Positions 10,083 through 20,989 of a stretch of 64,000 nucleotides of DNA are shown here, one piece after another; within the stretch, counting starts at the first letter, position 1; each line of letters starts with the position of its first letter. The stretch covers positions 28,357 to 92,356 of the forward strand of contig SCRE01000004.1 of NCBI GenBank assembly GCA_004297935.1. The letters run 5' to 3'. This DNA is from Microbacteriaceae bacterium. Lineage in GTDB: Bacteria; Actinomycetota; Actinomycetes; Actinomycetales; Microbacteriaceae. The position numbers and the translations under genes are program-made. The notes beneath the pieces were generated by a model. That model searched no databases. It was not told the DNA's origin and worked only from the letters and a program-made list of their open reading frames with translations.

Positions 10083-10844
10083 CTAGGGATGCGTGCGTCC
10101 CGCAGAGGTGTCGACGGGCCATCCCTCGGGCACGTCCGTCGCGAGCATGCGGCGGAGCACGTCGTGGCACGTCGTGCGATCGCCGGCAGGGAGGGCGCGC
10201 GCAAGGTCGTGCAGGAGTGAGTGGTCCGCGTCGATGGCGAACAGGATGACCAGGAGCGATCCCGCATTGCCGGGACCCGCTACCGACCGCACGGCCAGTC
10301 CGAACAGGTGCAGATAGGCGCTCAACGACTCCAACAGGGTTCGATTGCGGGAGTACGACACGACGCTCTGGAAGTATGCAGAGACGCTGGCGATGGCAGC
10401 GTTGTCATCGGCAGCGTCCAGCGCGTGCCGCAGGTCGGCCAGGTTCCGATTGAGCTGGTCGCGAAGCATCGCCGGTGGATTCGCTGCGATCTCCTCCACG
10501 ATCGCACCGAGCAGCGCAACCCAGACCACGCGTCCCTCGATGAGCGCGTTGCGTCCAGGATGCGCGATGCGGGTGTATCTGCTGGCCGCCGTCTCGATCA
10601 CGCAAAAGACGCGGAGGCGTTGCAGCGCCTCGCGTACCGGGGTGCGCGACACCCCGAAACGCGCTGCCATGTCGACGTCGTTGATGGCCTCTCCCGGCAT
10701 GAACTCGCCTGCGTCGATGGCGCGCAGGATCTCCTCGACGACCTGGTCGGCGATGGTGTTGGTCGGCGTCAGGCCGAGTCGGTGACCGGGGCCGGAAAAA
10801 CCGGGGCCAGGAGAATCAGGGCCGGGAAGAGCGTTGAAAGCCAT
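10083..10844 (-). CDS. GntR family transcriptional regulator
   Basis: N-terminal wHTH with FGVSRTPVREAL; FCD-like C-terminus. Confidence 0.85.
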   Translation of the reverse strand: MAFNALPGPDSPGPGFSGPGHRLGLTPTNTIADQVVEEILRAIDAGEFMPGEAINDVDMAARFGVSRTPVREALQRLRVFCVIETAASRYTRIAHPGRNALIEGRVVWVALLGAIVEEIAANPPAMLRDQLNRNLADLRHALDAADDNAAIASVSAYFQSVVSYSRNRTLLESLSAYLHLFGLAVRSVAGPGNAGSLLVILFAIDADHSLLHDLARALPAGDRTTCHDVLRRMLATDVPEGWPVDTSAGRTHP

Positions 10845-11003
10845 GGAGATACCCTACTTATACCGATATATTACCCGATTCATCGGGAAGGGCCGTCTGC
10901 TCGATCGCGCGAAGCTCTCCCCACAGCGGCGCCAGCGACGCGGTTCTGCACAGGTTCGCATGCCCGCATCCCGCGGGCGCCGACGCGGCATGAGACTGGG
11001 GAG

Positions 11004-11651
11004 GTGATCTGCTCCCTCCGTCGGCCCGCCGCCCGTTGCGCGCAGGCGTGTATCGTCGGGGCGTTCGCACTCGGATCGCTCGTGATCGTACCCACTGGCG
11101 GCGCCTCGATGGCGGACGCAGCAGCCGGGCAAGCAGCGGTCGACCCCTCCCTGCCCGGCGCGAGGCCGGCTGCAGCGCTCGCGTCGTCCGCTGCGCGCTC
11201 CGAAGGCAGATGGGCCTGGCCGATCGATCCGCCGCATCGCATCCTCAGCGGATTTCAGGCGCCGCAGACGCGGTACAGCGCCGGGCACCGCGGCATCGAC
11301 ATCGCCGCGAGCGCTGGTGCAGCCGTCCGCGCGCCGTCCGACGCCGAAGTGTACTTCTCGGGCACCGTGGTCGACCGGCCGGTGCTTACCCTCGAAACCG
11401 ATGCGGGCGTGCTGGTCAGCATGGAACCCGTTGCGGGATCCATCGCGTTGCACACGCGAGTGCGCGCCGGTGATGTCGTCGGCACGGTCGGCTCGGGCGG
11501 CCATTGCGATCGGGGATGCGTCCATCTCGGGGTACGGGTGGCTGGCGCGTACGTCTCGCCCTTGCTCTTCCTCGGCGGCGCCCAGCGCGCGGTGCTCCTG
11601 CCGCTGGGCTGCGTGCGCAGCACTCAGGCCCGGGGATGCGCAAGCCGGTAG
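11004..11651 (+). CDS. M23 family metallopeptidase (murein hydrolase activator-like)
   Basis: WAWP, GHRGID, CVHLGVR, YVSPL; hydrophobic N-terminus; GTG start at 11004 after GGGGAG is inferred. Confidence 0.8.
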   Translation: MICSLRRPAARCAQACIVGAFALGSLVIVPTGGASMADAAAGQAAVDPSLPGARPAAALASSAARSEGRWAWPIDPPHRILSGFQAPQTRYSAGHRGIDIAASAGAAVRAPSDAEVYFSGTVVDRPVLTLETDAGVLVSMEPVAGSIALHTRVRAGDVVGTVGSGGHCDRGCVHLGVRVAGAYVSPLLFLGGAQRAVLLPLGCVRSTQARGCASR

Positions 11652-12541
11652 CTCTCCACCAGCCGCTGCGTCGACACATGCGTGTAGATCTGGGTCGTCC
11701 CGAGGCTGGCATGGCCGAGCAGTTCCTGCACGGCACGCAGGTCGGCGCCGCCGTCCAGCAGGTGAGTCGCGGCGGTGTGCCTGAGTGCGTGCGGTCCGGC
11801 GGGGCCGGAGCCCGGCAGCTCGGCAAGGATCCCCGAGACCAGGCCGTAGACGGCCCGCGTGCCGAGGCGCGCACCGCGCGCACCGAGGAACAGCGCGGCC
11901 GTGGACTCGGGCGCCCGCGCACCGGCTCGCAGCACCGGGCGTGCCAGCCGTAGGTAATCGACGATCGCGGCACGCGCGGGAACCCCGAACGGCACGACGC
12001 GTTCCTTCGACCCCTTGCCGAGGACGCGGACGGTCAACCGATCGAGGTCGACGTCGTCGATGTCGACCCCGGTCAACTCCGAGACCCGCAACGCGGAGGC
12101 ATAGAGCAGTTCGATCACAGCGAGGTCGCGGACGGCGAGGGGATCCCCGCCGGCCGCCGCGACGCCGAGCCTGCGCACGATGTCGTCCATTTGTGCACGG
12201 GTGAGAACGCGTGGCAGTTTCCGGTCGGCTTTCGGCGCGCGCAACCGCGCCCCGGCGTCGCGGGCGGAGTGCTTCGTGCGGGCCGCCCACCCGCTGAAGC
12301 TCTTGGCCGCAGCGGAGCGTCGGGCCAGCGTCGCCTTGGCGAGGCCGGCCTGTGCACCATGCCAGAGCCAATCGCGCAGGAGGTCGAGCGTCAGGGCATC
12401 CGAGTCTTCGATTGCTCGACCGGCGGCGAACTCACGCAGCTGTCCGAGATCGGCGCGGTAGGCGCGAACCGTTTGCGGCGAATAGCCGCGCTCGGCCGTC
12501 AGATAGAGCGCGAAATCGTCGATTGCCTGCTGCAGGTCCAC
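11624..12541 (-). CDS. xerC: Tyrosine recombinase XerC
   Basis: [31 protein letters not shown]; conserved position after dprA. Confidence 0.9.
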   Translation of the reverse strand: MDLQQAIDDFALYLTAERGYSPQTVRAYRADLGQLREFAAGRAIEDSDALTLDLLRDWLWHGAQAGLAKATLARRSAAAKSFSGWAARTKHSARDAGARLRAPKADRKLPRVLTRAQMDDIVRRLGVAAAGGDPLAVRDLAVIELLYASALRVSELTGVDIDDVDLDRLTVRVLGKGSKERVVPFGVPARAAIVDYLRLARPVLRAGARAPESTAALFLGARGARLGTRAVYGLVSGILAELPGSGPAGPHALRHTAATHLLDGGADLRAVQELLGHASLGTTQIYTHVSTQRLVESYRLAHPRA

Positions 12542-12616
12542 CCCTCCAGCTTCGCGCACCCGGTAGCGGATGCGCTCTGCCACCCTTCCGACACGCCGCG
12601 GCAGGGCACGGCGCGG

Positions 12617-13840
12617 TCAGGAAGCCCGGACCCAGCCGGTGCCACGCTCGCGGACTCGCCCGTTCAACTCCAACAGGCCGAGCACCGCCGCTACCGTCGA
12701 TGCGGCCATCCCCGCACGCGCGGCGACATCCTGCACATCCCGCGCCGATCGGGCACTCAACGCATCGAAGACACGCGTCTCCTCGGACGTCGGATCGCCG
12801 CCAACCGGCCCTCCGGCATCCGCCGCGCCGTCGACCAGCTCTGCCATCTCCTCGACCGTGGTCACGCACACGGCGTCGTAGTCACGAATCAGCCGATGGC
12901 AGCCCGCCGAGGTCGGCGAGGTGACCGGCCCGGGAACCGCCCCGAGCGGCCGGCCGAGCGCTGCGGCGTGTCCGGCGGTGTTCAACGACCCGCTTCGCTT
13001 GCCGGCTTCCACCACGACGGTCGCGCTGGCGCTCGCCGCTATCAAACGATTGCGTTGCAAAAAACGCCACTTGGTCGGTGCGGCGCCGCACGGCACCTCC
13101 GACAGCACCGCGCCGTTGGCGGCTATTCTGCCGAGCAGCGCGTGGTGGCCGCTCGGGTAGAACCGATCGACGCCGCCTGCCAAGAACGCGACGGTGGTGC
13201 CGTCCCCAGCAAGCGCTGCCCGATGTGCCATGCCGTCGATACCATAGGCCGCACCGGAGACGATCGCGAAACCGCGTTCCACAAGCCCCGCTGAAGCGTT
13301 CATCGTGACATGCTCCCCGTAGCCCGAGGCGGCACGTGCGCCGACCAGGGCGACCGACCGCCCGATCCGATCGCAGGCGACAGTGTTTCCGCGCAGCCAG
13401 AGGGTGATCGGGGCGTGCCGGCCCAGGTCGTCCAGTCCGCCGGGCCAGCCCGGGTCGCCGGGCGCGACGAGTGTGGCTCCGACGCGCGCGGCCTGCTCGA
13501 GCGCGTGCAGCACCTCGGCGGACTTCAGTCGCGGCTGCCAGCGCTCGACCGCGCCGGCGAGTTCGGGTTCGAGCATCGTCGCCGTGTGCGCGTCCGCCTC
13601 GCTGACCACCCCGAGGGTGCGCTTGACGGGCCAGGCCTCGAGCACGGTGCGCAAGGCTACGACGGGACCGACGGCGCAGATCAGGCCACCGGCGCTGCCG
13701 TCACCCGGTTCTGCAATGCCGGACCAGGCGGCTCGGGCGAACCGGGCGGCGCGCTCCGCACGCTCGGGCGGGCGTTCCGGATCAGAGACGGCGGCGATGA
13801 GCCCGTCGATGGTGTGCTCGTCGAATCCAAAGATCGTCAT
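12617..13840 (-). CDS. dprA: DNA-processing protein DprA
   Basis: VALVGARAASGYG, VSGAAYGIDGMAH, FLQRNRLIA, VVEAGKRSGSLNTA. Confidence 0.95.
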   Translation of the reverse strand: MTIFGFDEHTIDGLIAAVSDPERPPERAERAARFARAAWSGIAEPGDGSAGGLICAVGPVVALRTVLEAWPVKRTLGVVSEADAHTATMLEPELAGAVERWQPRLKSAEVLHALEQAARVGATLVAPGDPGWPGGLDDLGRHAPITLWLRGNTVACDRIGRSVALVGARAASGYGEHVTMNASAGLVERGFAIVSGAAYGIDGMAHRAALAGDGTTVAFLAGGVDRFYPSGHHALLGRIAANGAVLSEVPCGAAPTKWRFLQRNRLIAASASATVVVEAGKRSGSLNTAGHAAALGRPLGAVPGPVTSPTSAGCHRLIRDYDAVCVTTVEEMAELVDGAADAGGPVGGDPTSEETRVFDALSARSARDVQDVAARAGMAASTVAAVLGLLELNGRVRERGTGWVRAS

Positions 13841-15372
13841 GGGCTCATTCCCCTTCTCAGGTACAGCGCGGCACCGATGTGTTCCGCGTTCGGACGAGCC
13901 GCCCCCTCGACGTCTGCGACGGTCCATGCCAGACGCAACGTCCTGTCGTAGCCGCGCATGGTGATGCCGCCGCGCTCGAGTGCACGATCGAGACTCGCGG
14001 TGGTGTTCGGGCCGAGCCGCCGTACCCGGTCACGCAGCCACGGCCCTGAGACCTGGCCATTCATCGTCCACGGTGTGGACCGGAGTCGTTCCCGAGCGGC
14101 CTCGCGTGCTTCGCGCACGCGCACACGAGCCGTCGCGGTGTTCGGGCGCGCGGCGCCGTCCGCCAGACGCAGCTGGGTTGCGGTGACTCTGTGCAGCGTC
14201 AGGCGGATATCGATCCGATCCATCAGCGGCCCGGAGACTCGGCCGAGATATCGTCGGCGGGCGGACGGGGAGCAGGTGCAGGTGTCCTCCGGTGCCCCGT
14301 ATTGCCCGCACGGGCAGGGATTCGCGGCCATCACCAGCTGGAATCTGCCGGGAAAGTGAGCCACTCCGTTCGCGCGATGGATCGTGATCCGCCCCGACTC
14401 AAGCGGCTGGCGCAGCACATCGAGCACGGCGGTGGCGAATTCGGGCGCCTCGTCGAGGAACAGCACTCCGTGCGACGCGCGAACGGCGGCACCGGGGCGG
14501 ATGCGTCCGCTCCCGCCGCCGATGATCGCAGCGGCCGTCGCCGTGTGGTGCGGCGCTTCCCACGGCGGCCTGATCACCAACTGTCCGCCGACATGCTGCC
14601 CGGCCAGCGATCGGATCGAGGTCGCCTCGAGGGCGGCCTGTTCGCCCAGATCGGGGAGAAGGCCGGGCAGCCGCTCAGCGAGCATGGTCTTGCCGGCGCC
14701 GGGTGGTCCGAGCAGGAACGCATGGTGGCCGCCGGCGGCCGCAATCGACAGCGCGTGCACGGCCGCATCATTGCCGACGATGTCGGCCACGTCGCTCTCG
14801 CTCCCGACGCCATCCGGCTCGATGCCGGGAATCAACGGATCGACGGGGATCGGGTCATAGCGACCGCCGTGGTGGATGGCGGCTTCCCGCAACGAAGCAA
14901 CGGGCAGCACCCTGATGCCGGGGACCAGCGAGGCCTCATCCGCGTTGCCGGCTGGCACCATCACGGCGTCCTTACCCGCCCGAGCCGCGGCCAGCACGGC
15001 GGGCAGGATGCCCGCCATCGGTCGTAGCCTGCCGTCCAGGCCCAACTCCCCCAGATGCACGACTGCTTCGACGGAGTCGGCCGACACGTTCCCGGCGGCA
15101 GCGAGGCTTGCCAGGGCGATCGCCAGGTCGAAGCCCGACCCGTGCTTCGGCAGGGCAGCGGGGGACAGATTCACCGTGAGCTTGCGCCCGGTGAGCGGGC
15201 AGCCGGAGTTGGCCGCGGCGGCCCGAACACGGTCGCGCGCCTCCGTCAGCGCGGCATCCGGCAGACCGATCAGCACGATCGACGGGAGATTGCTGGAGAT
15301 GTCTGCCTCGACCTCGACGATCGAACCGTCGAGCCCGAGCAGCGCCACCGAGTAGGTGCGTCCGATCGCCAT
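13837..15372 (-). CDS. comM: YifB/ComM Mg-chelatase-like AAA+ ATPase
   Basis: VNLSPAALPKHGSGFDLAIA, GPPGAGKT, LFLDEAPEF, MNPCPCG-type motif, DRIDI. Confidence 0.92.
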   Translation of the reverse strand: MAIGRTYSVALLGLDGSIVEVEADISSNLPSIVLIGLPDAALTEARDRVRAAAANSGCPLTGRKLTVNLSPAALPKHGSGFDLAIALASLAAAGNVSADSVEAVVHLGELGLDGRLRPMAGILPAVLAAARAGKDAVMVPAGNADEASLVPGIRVLPVASLREAAIHHGGRYDPIPVDPLIPGIEPDGVGSESDVADIVGNDAAVHALSIAAAGGHHAFLLGPPGAGKTMLAERLPGLLPDLGEQAALEATSIRSLAGQHVGGQLVIRPPWEAPHHTATAAAIIGGGSGRIRPGAAVRASHGVLFLDEAPEFATAVLDVLRQPLESGRITIHRANGVAHFPGRFQLVMAANPCPCGQYGAPEDTCTCSPSARRRYLGRVSGPLMDRIDIRLTLHRVTATQLRLADGAARPNTATARVRVREAREAARERLRSTPWTMNGQVSGPWLRDRVRRLGPNTTASLDRALERGGITMRGYDRTLRLAWTVADVEGAARPNAEHIGAALYLRRGMSP

Positions 15373-15725
15373 CAGCCGACGCCTTCCAAGTGTTCGATCG
15401 TGACGTCGTCGCCGTCGGCGATCACGGCGACGGCATCGACCCTGACGCGCCCGACGGGCTGCTCGGATTCGGCACACCAGGCACCGGCCAGGCGCCGAAG
15501 TCGCGCCATCTTGGCCGGTGTGATCGCCTCGAACGGGTGCCCGAAGTGCGTCGAACGGCGCGTCTTCACCTCGACGAACACCGTTTCACCGCCGCGCTCG
15601 ACGATCAGATCGACCTCGCCCTGATTGCACCGCCAATTGCGATCGATCAACCGATAGCCATGCCCCTGCAGATAGTCGGCGGCCAGTTCCTCGCCGCGCC
15701 TGCCGAGCATGTCTTTCGCCGCCAT
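15372..15725 (-). CDS. yraN: YraN family protein (UPF0102)
   Basis: GRRGEELAA, RNWRCNQGEVDLI, FVEVKTR. Confidence 0.93.
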   Translation of the reverse strand: MAAKDMLGRRGEELAADYLQGHGYRLIDRNWRCNQGEVDLIVERGGETVFVEVKTRRSTHFGHPFEAITPAKMARLRRLAGAWCAESEQPVGRVRVDAVAVIADGDDVTIEHLEGVG

Positions 15726-15846
15726 GTGCCCCTCCTGCTACGAGGGTGCCCGAGGTCGGTGACCCGCAGGATCGGATAGCACGAATCTGCGGACAACCAG
15801 TATTCAGCCCCGAATTTGGGGACAAGTCGCACGAACCGGAGGCGGC

Positions 15847-16170
15847 CTACTCGTCGAGTGCCAGTTCTTTCGGCAGTTCGAAATCCTTGGTGGACAGTTC
15901 TTCGATGTTGACGTCTTTGAAGGTCAGGACACGCACGGACTTCACGAACCGATCGGCGCGGTAGACGTCCCAAACCCACACGTCGTTCATCGTCAACTCG
16001 AAATAGAAGTCGTGCTCGGTGTCACGACGCACGAAGTCCACCTCGTTCGCGAGATAGAAACGACGTTCGGTCTCGATGACATACTTAAACTGGGCGACGA
16101 CATCCCGATATTCGCGATAGAGCGCAAGCTCGACCTCGCGGTCATAGTCGTCGAACTCGTCTTCATCCAT
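15847..16170 (-). CDS. DUF2469 family protein
   Basis: ELALYREYRDVV, ERRFYLAN, WVWDVYR; conserved after rnhB in Actinobacteria. Confidence 0.9.
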   Translation of the reverse strand: MDEDEFDDYDREVELALYREYRDVVAQFKYVIETERRFYLANEVDFVRRDTEHDFYFELTMNDVWVWDVYRADRFVKSVRVLTFKDVNIEELSTKDFELPKELALDE

Positions 16171-16182
16171 GGTGTTTCCAGT

Positions 16183-16830
16183 CTACGCTGTGGCCTGCTT
16201 GAGCCAGGTGCGCCGGTGGAAGTCGCTGGCGCCGAGTGCGGCGATCGCGGCGAGGTGCGCCGCACTGCCGTAGCCCTTGTTGCCGGCCCAGCCGTACCCC
16301 GGAGTGAGCGCGTCGCGCTCGATCATCAGCCGATCCCGGTGGACCTTCGCGATGACGGATGCCGCGGCCACCACCGCGCAGGTCTGGTCCGCCTTGACCT
16401 TCGTCAGCACGGCCGGCGTCGCCGAGTGCAGTGCCGGACCGAGGTAGTCGTGGTTGCCGTCGAGGATGACCGTCGCATCCCGGATCGGCACGCCCTGTTC
16501 GTGCAGCGCCAGCAGAGCGCGCTTGCCGGCGAGGCCGAGACAGGCGATGATGCCGAGCGCGTCGACCTCCTGTGCGGAGGCGAGACCGATCGCGCTGAAT
16601 CGCGCCCACGTTCTGCACAGCGGTGCGAGGGCTTCGCGTCTGGCTTCGCTGAGCAGCTTCGAGTCGCGCAGTCCGGGCGGCATGTCGTCGACCTCGGCGT
16701 CGACGACGACCATGCCGACGGCGACGGGGCCGGCGAGCGCGCCACGGCCGACCTCGTCACAGCCGATCACCCAGTGGACGCCGTTCGAGTGCAGCGCACT
16801 TTCGAAGTCACGGGTCGGGGTGATGATCAT
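16183..16830 (-). CDS. rnhB: Ribonuclease HII
   Basis: GCDEVGRGALAGP, RDSK, ILDG, AAASVIAKVHRD, KGYG. Confidence 0.96.
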   Translation of the reverse strand: MIITPTRDFESALHSNGVHWVIGCDEVGRGALAGPVAVGMVVVDAEVDDMPPGLRDSKLLSEARREALAPLCRTWARFSAIGLASAQEVDALGIIACLGLAGKRALLALHEQGVPIRDATVILDGNHDYLGPALHSATPAVLTKVKADQTCAVVAAASVIAKVHRDRLMIERDALTPGYGWAGNKGYGSAAHLAAIAALGASDFHRRTWLKQATA

Positions 16831-16843
16831 GACGCGACGAACA

Positions 16844-17587
16844 TCAGTGATTGCTCTCGATCCCCTGGAACACCCCAGGGTAGTTGTCGAGATACGCCCA
16901 TCGGCTGATCGGCCAGCTGATCAGCACGGCGCGGCCGACGACATCCTTGATCGGCACGAACCCCTTGCCCGGCAGGTTCTGATTGCGGCTGGAGTCCTGC
17001 GAATCCCATCGGTTGTCTCCCATCACCCACAGGTCGCCCGGCGGAACCGTCACGTCGAAGGAGACCGATGCGGCGTTCACCTCACCAGGCGGAATGATGA
17101 TGTACGGCTCCTTGAGCGGCACGCCGTTCACGCTGAGCTGGCCGAGAGCGTTGCAGCACGCCACATGGTCACCGGGCAGGCCGATGACCCGTTTGATGAG
17201 GTGATCGTCACTGTCCGGTGCGGACAGGCCGACGACGGACAGCGCCCAGTCGATTCCGGCCGCAATCGGATTCTGCTTCACGGGGGTAGCAGGTGGCAGC
17301 CATCCGCCGGGATCGGTGAACACGACGACGTCGCCGTGATGGATCGGCATCAGGTTCGGCTCGAGTTCGTTGACGATGATGCGATCGTTGATCAGCAGGG
17401 TGTTCTCCATCGAGCCTGACGGAATGTAGAACGACCGAACGAGGAAGGTCTTGATCAGGAACGAGACCAGGACGGCGACGACGAAGATGATCAGGATGTC
17501 TCTGATGAAGAGCTTGACGCTGCGCTGCCGCTTACCCTTGTTCGATGCCACGCGGTCGGACCGAGTGGACACAGTGTCGTCTGTCAT
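16844..17587 (-). CDS. lepB: Signal peptidase I
   Basis: IPSGSMENTL, IKRVIGLPGD, VMGDNRWDSQDS. Confidence 0.97.
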   Translation of the reverse strand: MTDDTVSTRSDRVASNKGKRQRSVKLFIRDILIIFVVAVLVSFLIKTFLVRSFYIPSGSMENTLLINDRIIVNELEPNLMPIHHGDVVVFTDPGGWLPPATPVKQNPIAAGIDWALSVVGLSAPDSDDHLIKRVIGLPGDHVACCNALGQLSVNGVPLKEPYIIIPPGEVNAASVSFDVTVPPGDLWVMGDNRWDSQDSSRNQNLPGKGFVPIKDVVGRAVLISWPISRWAYLDNYPGVFQGIESNH

Positions 17588-17686
17588 GCAGTGTTGTCCG
17601 TCATTTAAGCGCTTGAGCTCCCGAACTCAAAGTGTAGAGGATCGGGAGCCCAGGCCTCGCGTCGCGTGAGTCGCCAGCGGCGCAGG

Positions 17687-18034
17687 TTACGCGTCGCGCT
17701 TTTCCTTGATCTTGGCCTTCTTGCCGCGCAGCTCGCGCAGGTAGTACAGCTTGGCGCGACGCACATCCCCGCGTGTCACGACCTCGATGTGGTCGATCAC
17801 CGGAGAGTGCACCGGGAAGGTGCGCTCGACGCCGACCTGGAAGCTGACCTTGCGAACGGTGAACGTCTCGCGGACGCCTTCTCCGCTGCGGCCGATCACG
17901 ACGCCCTGGAAGACCTGGATGCGGGAGCGAGTTCCTTCGATGATGTTGACGTGGACCTTGACGGTGTCACCGGCACGGAAAGCCGGAATGTCGCTGCGCA
18001 GCGATGCCGCGTCGACCTGGTCGAGAATGTGCAT
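17687..18034 (-). CDS. rplS: 50S ribosomal protein L19
   Basis: [27 protein letters not shown]. Confidence 0.99.
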   Translation of the reverse strand: MHILDQVDAASLRSDIPAFRAGDTVKVHVNIIEGTRSRIQVFQGVVIGRSGEGVRETFTVRKVSFQVGVERTFPVHSPVIDHIEVVTRGDVRRAKLYYLRELRGKKAKIKEKRDA

Positions 18035-18222
18035 GGGGATTCGCTTCCTGCGCCCGCCACGGGTCGAACGCTCTGTCGCGCCCGTGCCGTGCATTGCACG
18101 CCGGACGAATGATCATCAATGGGATGTGTCCGCCGTTATCGCTGGCTCCCCTGTGGCAGAGCTCGGGCCGCGGCACAATCGTCAATTGTGTCATGGATGG
18201 CGTGGGAATCGCAAAGCGATCG

Positions 18223-18732
18223 CTAGCGCCTGGTCGGCCCGCTTCCGTCCGCCGGTTTCTCCTGCACGATGATGACCGTCGCGTCCGGGGAGAAGCTGCC
18301 CCGCGGACCGGGATTCGCCGAAGATTGCGGCTCGCGTACCACCGGTGCGAACGCCGCGGCCACCCGCCGGCCGGCGTCCGTCACCAGAGCCCAGAGCGCA
18401 TACCAGAACGCGACGATCGCCAGGACGATCGCAGCGAAAGCGAACCATGCGCCGCTCGCCCCGAAGAATCCGACCCCGACGATCGACAGCTGCCACGCCG
18501 CGAGGATGCCTGTGTCGCGCCATGACACGGCTCGAGCCTTGCGCACCGACGTGCGCGCATAGTTCAGCAGAGCGATCGTGAGCAGGGCGATGAAGGCAAC
18601 GGGGCACACCAGCACCAACCCGAAGAATCCCCAGCCGCCGGAGCCGAACACGCCCCAGCCGACGAGCAACCACACCGGAAGCACGACCGCGGCAATGAAC
18701 TGGCCATAGTAGAAGGCCCGACGCACGATCAT
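18223..18732 (-). CDS. Hypothetical four-TM membrane protein
   Basis: Four hydrophobic segments and a polar tail; codon usage matches neighbours. Confidence 0.7.
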   Translation of the reverse strand: MIVRRAFYYGQFIAAVVLPVWLLVGWGVFGSGGWGFFGLVLVCPVAFIALLTIALLNYARTSVRKARAVSWRDTGILAAWQLSIVGVGFFGASGAWFAFAAIVLAIVAFWYALWALVTDAGRRVAAAFAPVVREPQSSANPGPRGSFSPDATVIIVQEKPADGSGPTRR

Positions 18733-18752
18733 GTGACTCAGCGTAATCGCGA

Positions 18753-19493
18753 CTACCCGGGATTCTGCTCGGAGTTCGCTGGGGAGGCGAGACCGGCGCG
18801 GGCCGGCCCGCCGTCGATCAGATCGGGGCGAACGCGTGAGGTGCGGTCCAGTTGCTGTTGCCGTCGCCAGGCCGCTATCGCGCCGTGATTTCCGCTCAAC
18901 AGCACCGGCGGAACCACCCGGTCGCGCCAGCTCGGCGGTTTCGTGTAGCTCGGATACTCCAGGAGTCCGGCTTCGTGCGATTCCTCCACCAGGCTCTCCG
19001 GGTTGCCGATCACGCCGGGGACGAGCCGCCCCAACGCCTCGATCATGGCCATCACCGCCACTTCCCCCCCGTTCAGCACGTAATCGCCGAGGCTGATCAA
19101 TCGCATTCGCGCGCGGGATGCTGTGTCGTCGAACACACGCTGATCGATGCCCTCATAGCGTCCGCAGCCGAAGACGAGGTGCTGTTCCGTCGAGAATTCG
19201 CGTGCGGTGGCCTGAGTGAACACCTCGCCTGCCGGTGACGGGAATATCACGAGTGGGTCATCCGAGGCGGGCAGGATGCTGTCGAGCACCTCGCCCCATG
19301 GCTCCGGCTTCATCACCATGCCTGCTCCCCCGCCGTATGGGGTGTCGTCCACGGTTCGATGCTTGTCGTGTGCATGATTCCGCAGATTGTGCACGTTGAG
19401 TTCGAGCAGCCCGGACTGGCGCGCCTTGCCGAGCAAGGACAGGTCGAGCACGTCGAAGAACTCGGGGAAGATCGTGACGATGTCGATGCGCAC
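18753..19493 (-). CDS. trmD: tRNA (guanine37-N1)-methyltransferase
   Basis: [42 protein letters not shown]. Confidence 0.98.
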   Translation of the reverse strand: MRIDIVTIFPEFFDVLDLSLLGKARQSGLLELNVHNLRNHAHDKHRTVDDTPYGGGAGMVMKPEPWGEVLDSILPASDDPLVIFPSPAGEVFTQATAREFSTEQHLVFGCGRYEGIDQRVFDDTASRARMRLISLGDYVLNGGEVAVMAMIEALGRLVPGVIGNPESLVEESHEAGLLEYPSYTKPPSWRDRVVPPVLLSGNHGAIAAWRRQQQLDRTSRVRPDLIDGGPARAGLASPANSEQNPG

Positions 19494-19513
19494 AGCCACG
19501 AGTCTAGGCCGCG

Positions 19514-20137
19514 CTACGAAGCGTCAGACCCGCCCGCGTCAGATACGCCCGTCTCGGGTTCTCCCGCGGCCTCTGAGCCGGAACCCTCGTCCGGGAGTTC
19601 CTCGAACAGGCCAGGCGGCGGCGTGACCGTCACCGTGCCCGCTGCGATGTCGACGCTCGGCACGATGGCCTTGACGAAGGGAACAAGCACCTCGCCGGCA
19701 TCCGTCTTGATCGCCAGAAGATCCTGCGCGGGCAGGTGGTCGACGCGGCTGACGGTGCCGATGGTCACCGCGTCGCGCACAACGGCGAGACCGACGAGCT
19801 GGTGATCATACCAGGCGTCTTCCTCCTGCGGCAGTTCCGCGGAGTCCTGATCGACCCAGAGGATCGCCTTCGCCAGCGTTTCGGCCTCCGAACGGTCGCA
19901 GACGCCGACGAAGAAGCCGACCGGCTGGCTGTTGTACCAGCGCAGCTCGACCAGTTCGAGGGACTTGCCGTGCCATTTCGAACCACTGGGAACCTGTACG
20001 GAGAACACGGCGCCCGGAACGAAACGATGCTCGGGGTCGTCGGTGTACAGCTCGAGTTTGAGCGCACCCTTCAGGCCGTGCGCCTTGGTGAGGCGACCGA
20101 CTCGCAGCTGAGTGCGCTGCGGTTGTTTTTCGGCCAC
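19514..20137 (-). CDS. rimM: Ribosome maturation factor RimM
   Basis: [31 protein letters not shown]. Confidence 0.96.
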   Translation of the reverse strand: MAEKQPQRTQLRVGRLTKAHGLKGALKLELYTDDPEHRFVPGAVFSVQVPSGSKWHGKSLELVELRWYNSQPVGFFVGVCDRSEAETLAKAILWVDQDSAELPQEEDAWYDHQLVGLAVVRDAVTIGTVSRVDHLPAQDLLAIKTDAGEVLVPFVKAIVPSVDIAAGTVTVTPPPGLFEELPDEGSGSEAAGEPETGVSDAGGSDAS

Positions 20138-20138
20138 C

Positions 20139-20375
20139 TCAGGAGTCGGTGTCGATGACGTCGACGCGTACCCGGCGACCGTCGGCCAGCGCGGACACCA
20201 GTGTGCGGAGAGCCTTCGCGGTGCGACCGGAACGGCCGATGACCCGGCCGAGGTCCTCGGGGTTCACACGAATCTCGAGGACCTCGCCACGGGGGGAATT
20301 CTTTGCGACGACCACCACGTCGTCAGGATTGTCGACAATCCCCTTGACGAGGTGCTCGAGAGCGGGAGCGAGCAA
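20139..20375 (-). CDS. khpA: KH-domain RNA-binding protein KhpA
   Basis: DLGRVIGRSGRTAKALR; between rpsP and rimM. Confidence 0.93.
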   Translation of the reverse strand: MLAPALEHLVKGIVDNPDDVVVVAKNSPRGEVLEIRVNPEDLGRVIGRSGRTAKALRTLVSALADGRRVRVDVIDTDS

Positions 20376-20377
20376 TC

Positions 20378-20815
20378 TCAGGCCTTCTCGGTCTCGGATG
20401 CCTCGGCTGCGACGTCTTCTGCAGCCTCGGTGGGCGCCTGTTCCGCGGTCTTGGCGGCCGGCTTGTCGGCCTTCGGCTTCAAGACCGGCTTCTTCTTCTC
20501 GTCGGCGACGAAGACAGCCTTGGCTTGCTTCATCTTGACGGTGTTCGCGACCTTCTTGGAACCCTTGAAGGTGCCCCAGTCGCCGGTCAGACGCAGCAGG
20601 GCCTGCACCTGGTCGGTCGGCTGCGCGCCCACGGAAAGCCAGTACTGCGCACGCGCGGAGTCGACCTCGATGACCGAGGGCTCCTGCGTCGGGTGGTAGA
20701 TGCCGATCTCCTCGATGACGCGACCATCACGCTTGGTGCGTGAGTCGGCGACGACGATGCGGTAGTACGGTGCGCGGACCTTGCCCATGCGCTTCAGACG
20801 GATCTTGACAGCCAC
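20378..20815 (-). CDS. rpsP: 30S ribosomal protein S16
   Basis: [28 protein letters not shown]. Confidence 0.99.
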   Translation of the reverse strand: MAVKIRLKRMGKVRAPYYRIVVADSRTKRDGRVIEEIGIYHPTQEPSVIEVDSARAQYWLSVGAQPTDQVQALLRLTGDWGTFKGSKKVANTVKMKQAKAVFVADEKKKPVLKPKADKPAAKTAEQAPTEAAEDVAAEASETEKA

Positions 20816-20952
20816 AATTCTCCTGTGTTGTATGAGGTGTTTGTCGAACTGACTGCCGGGGGCGTGGGGGCACACGCGGCAGGAGGTCTAGGGGGTTCCA
20901 CGCACGGTTTGATGAGAGGGTCGAACCGCGCAGAACTCAGGGGACCATTCTG
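20816..20952 (-). promoter_or_regulatory. rpsP promoter (extended -10 TGGCAGAAT) and structured 5' leader
   Basis: attctg at 20947-20952; stems gcacggtt/aaccgcgc (20902-20931) and ctgccg/cggcag (20853-20882). Confidence 0.45.
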
Positions 20953-20989
20953 CCAGACCGATCGGGAAACGGCTAATCCGGCGCGGCGC

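Noticed and set aside
11624-12541. Tyrosine recombinase as a phage or island integrase
   Set aside because: Sits in the conserved yraN-yifB-dprA-xerC housekeeping block with host-like codon usage; no att sites or cargo
12617-15725. dprA and comM as evidence of a novel competence system
   Set aside because: This block is widely conserved in Actinobacteria; no DNA-uptake genes in the window
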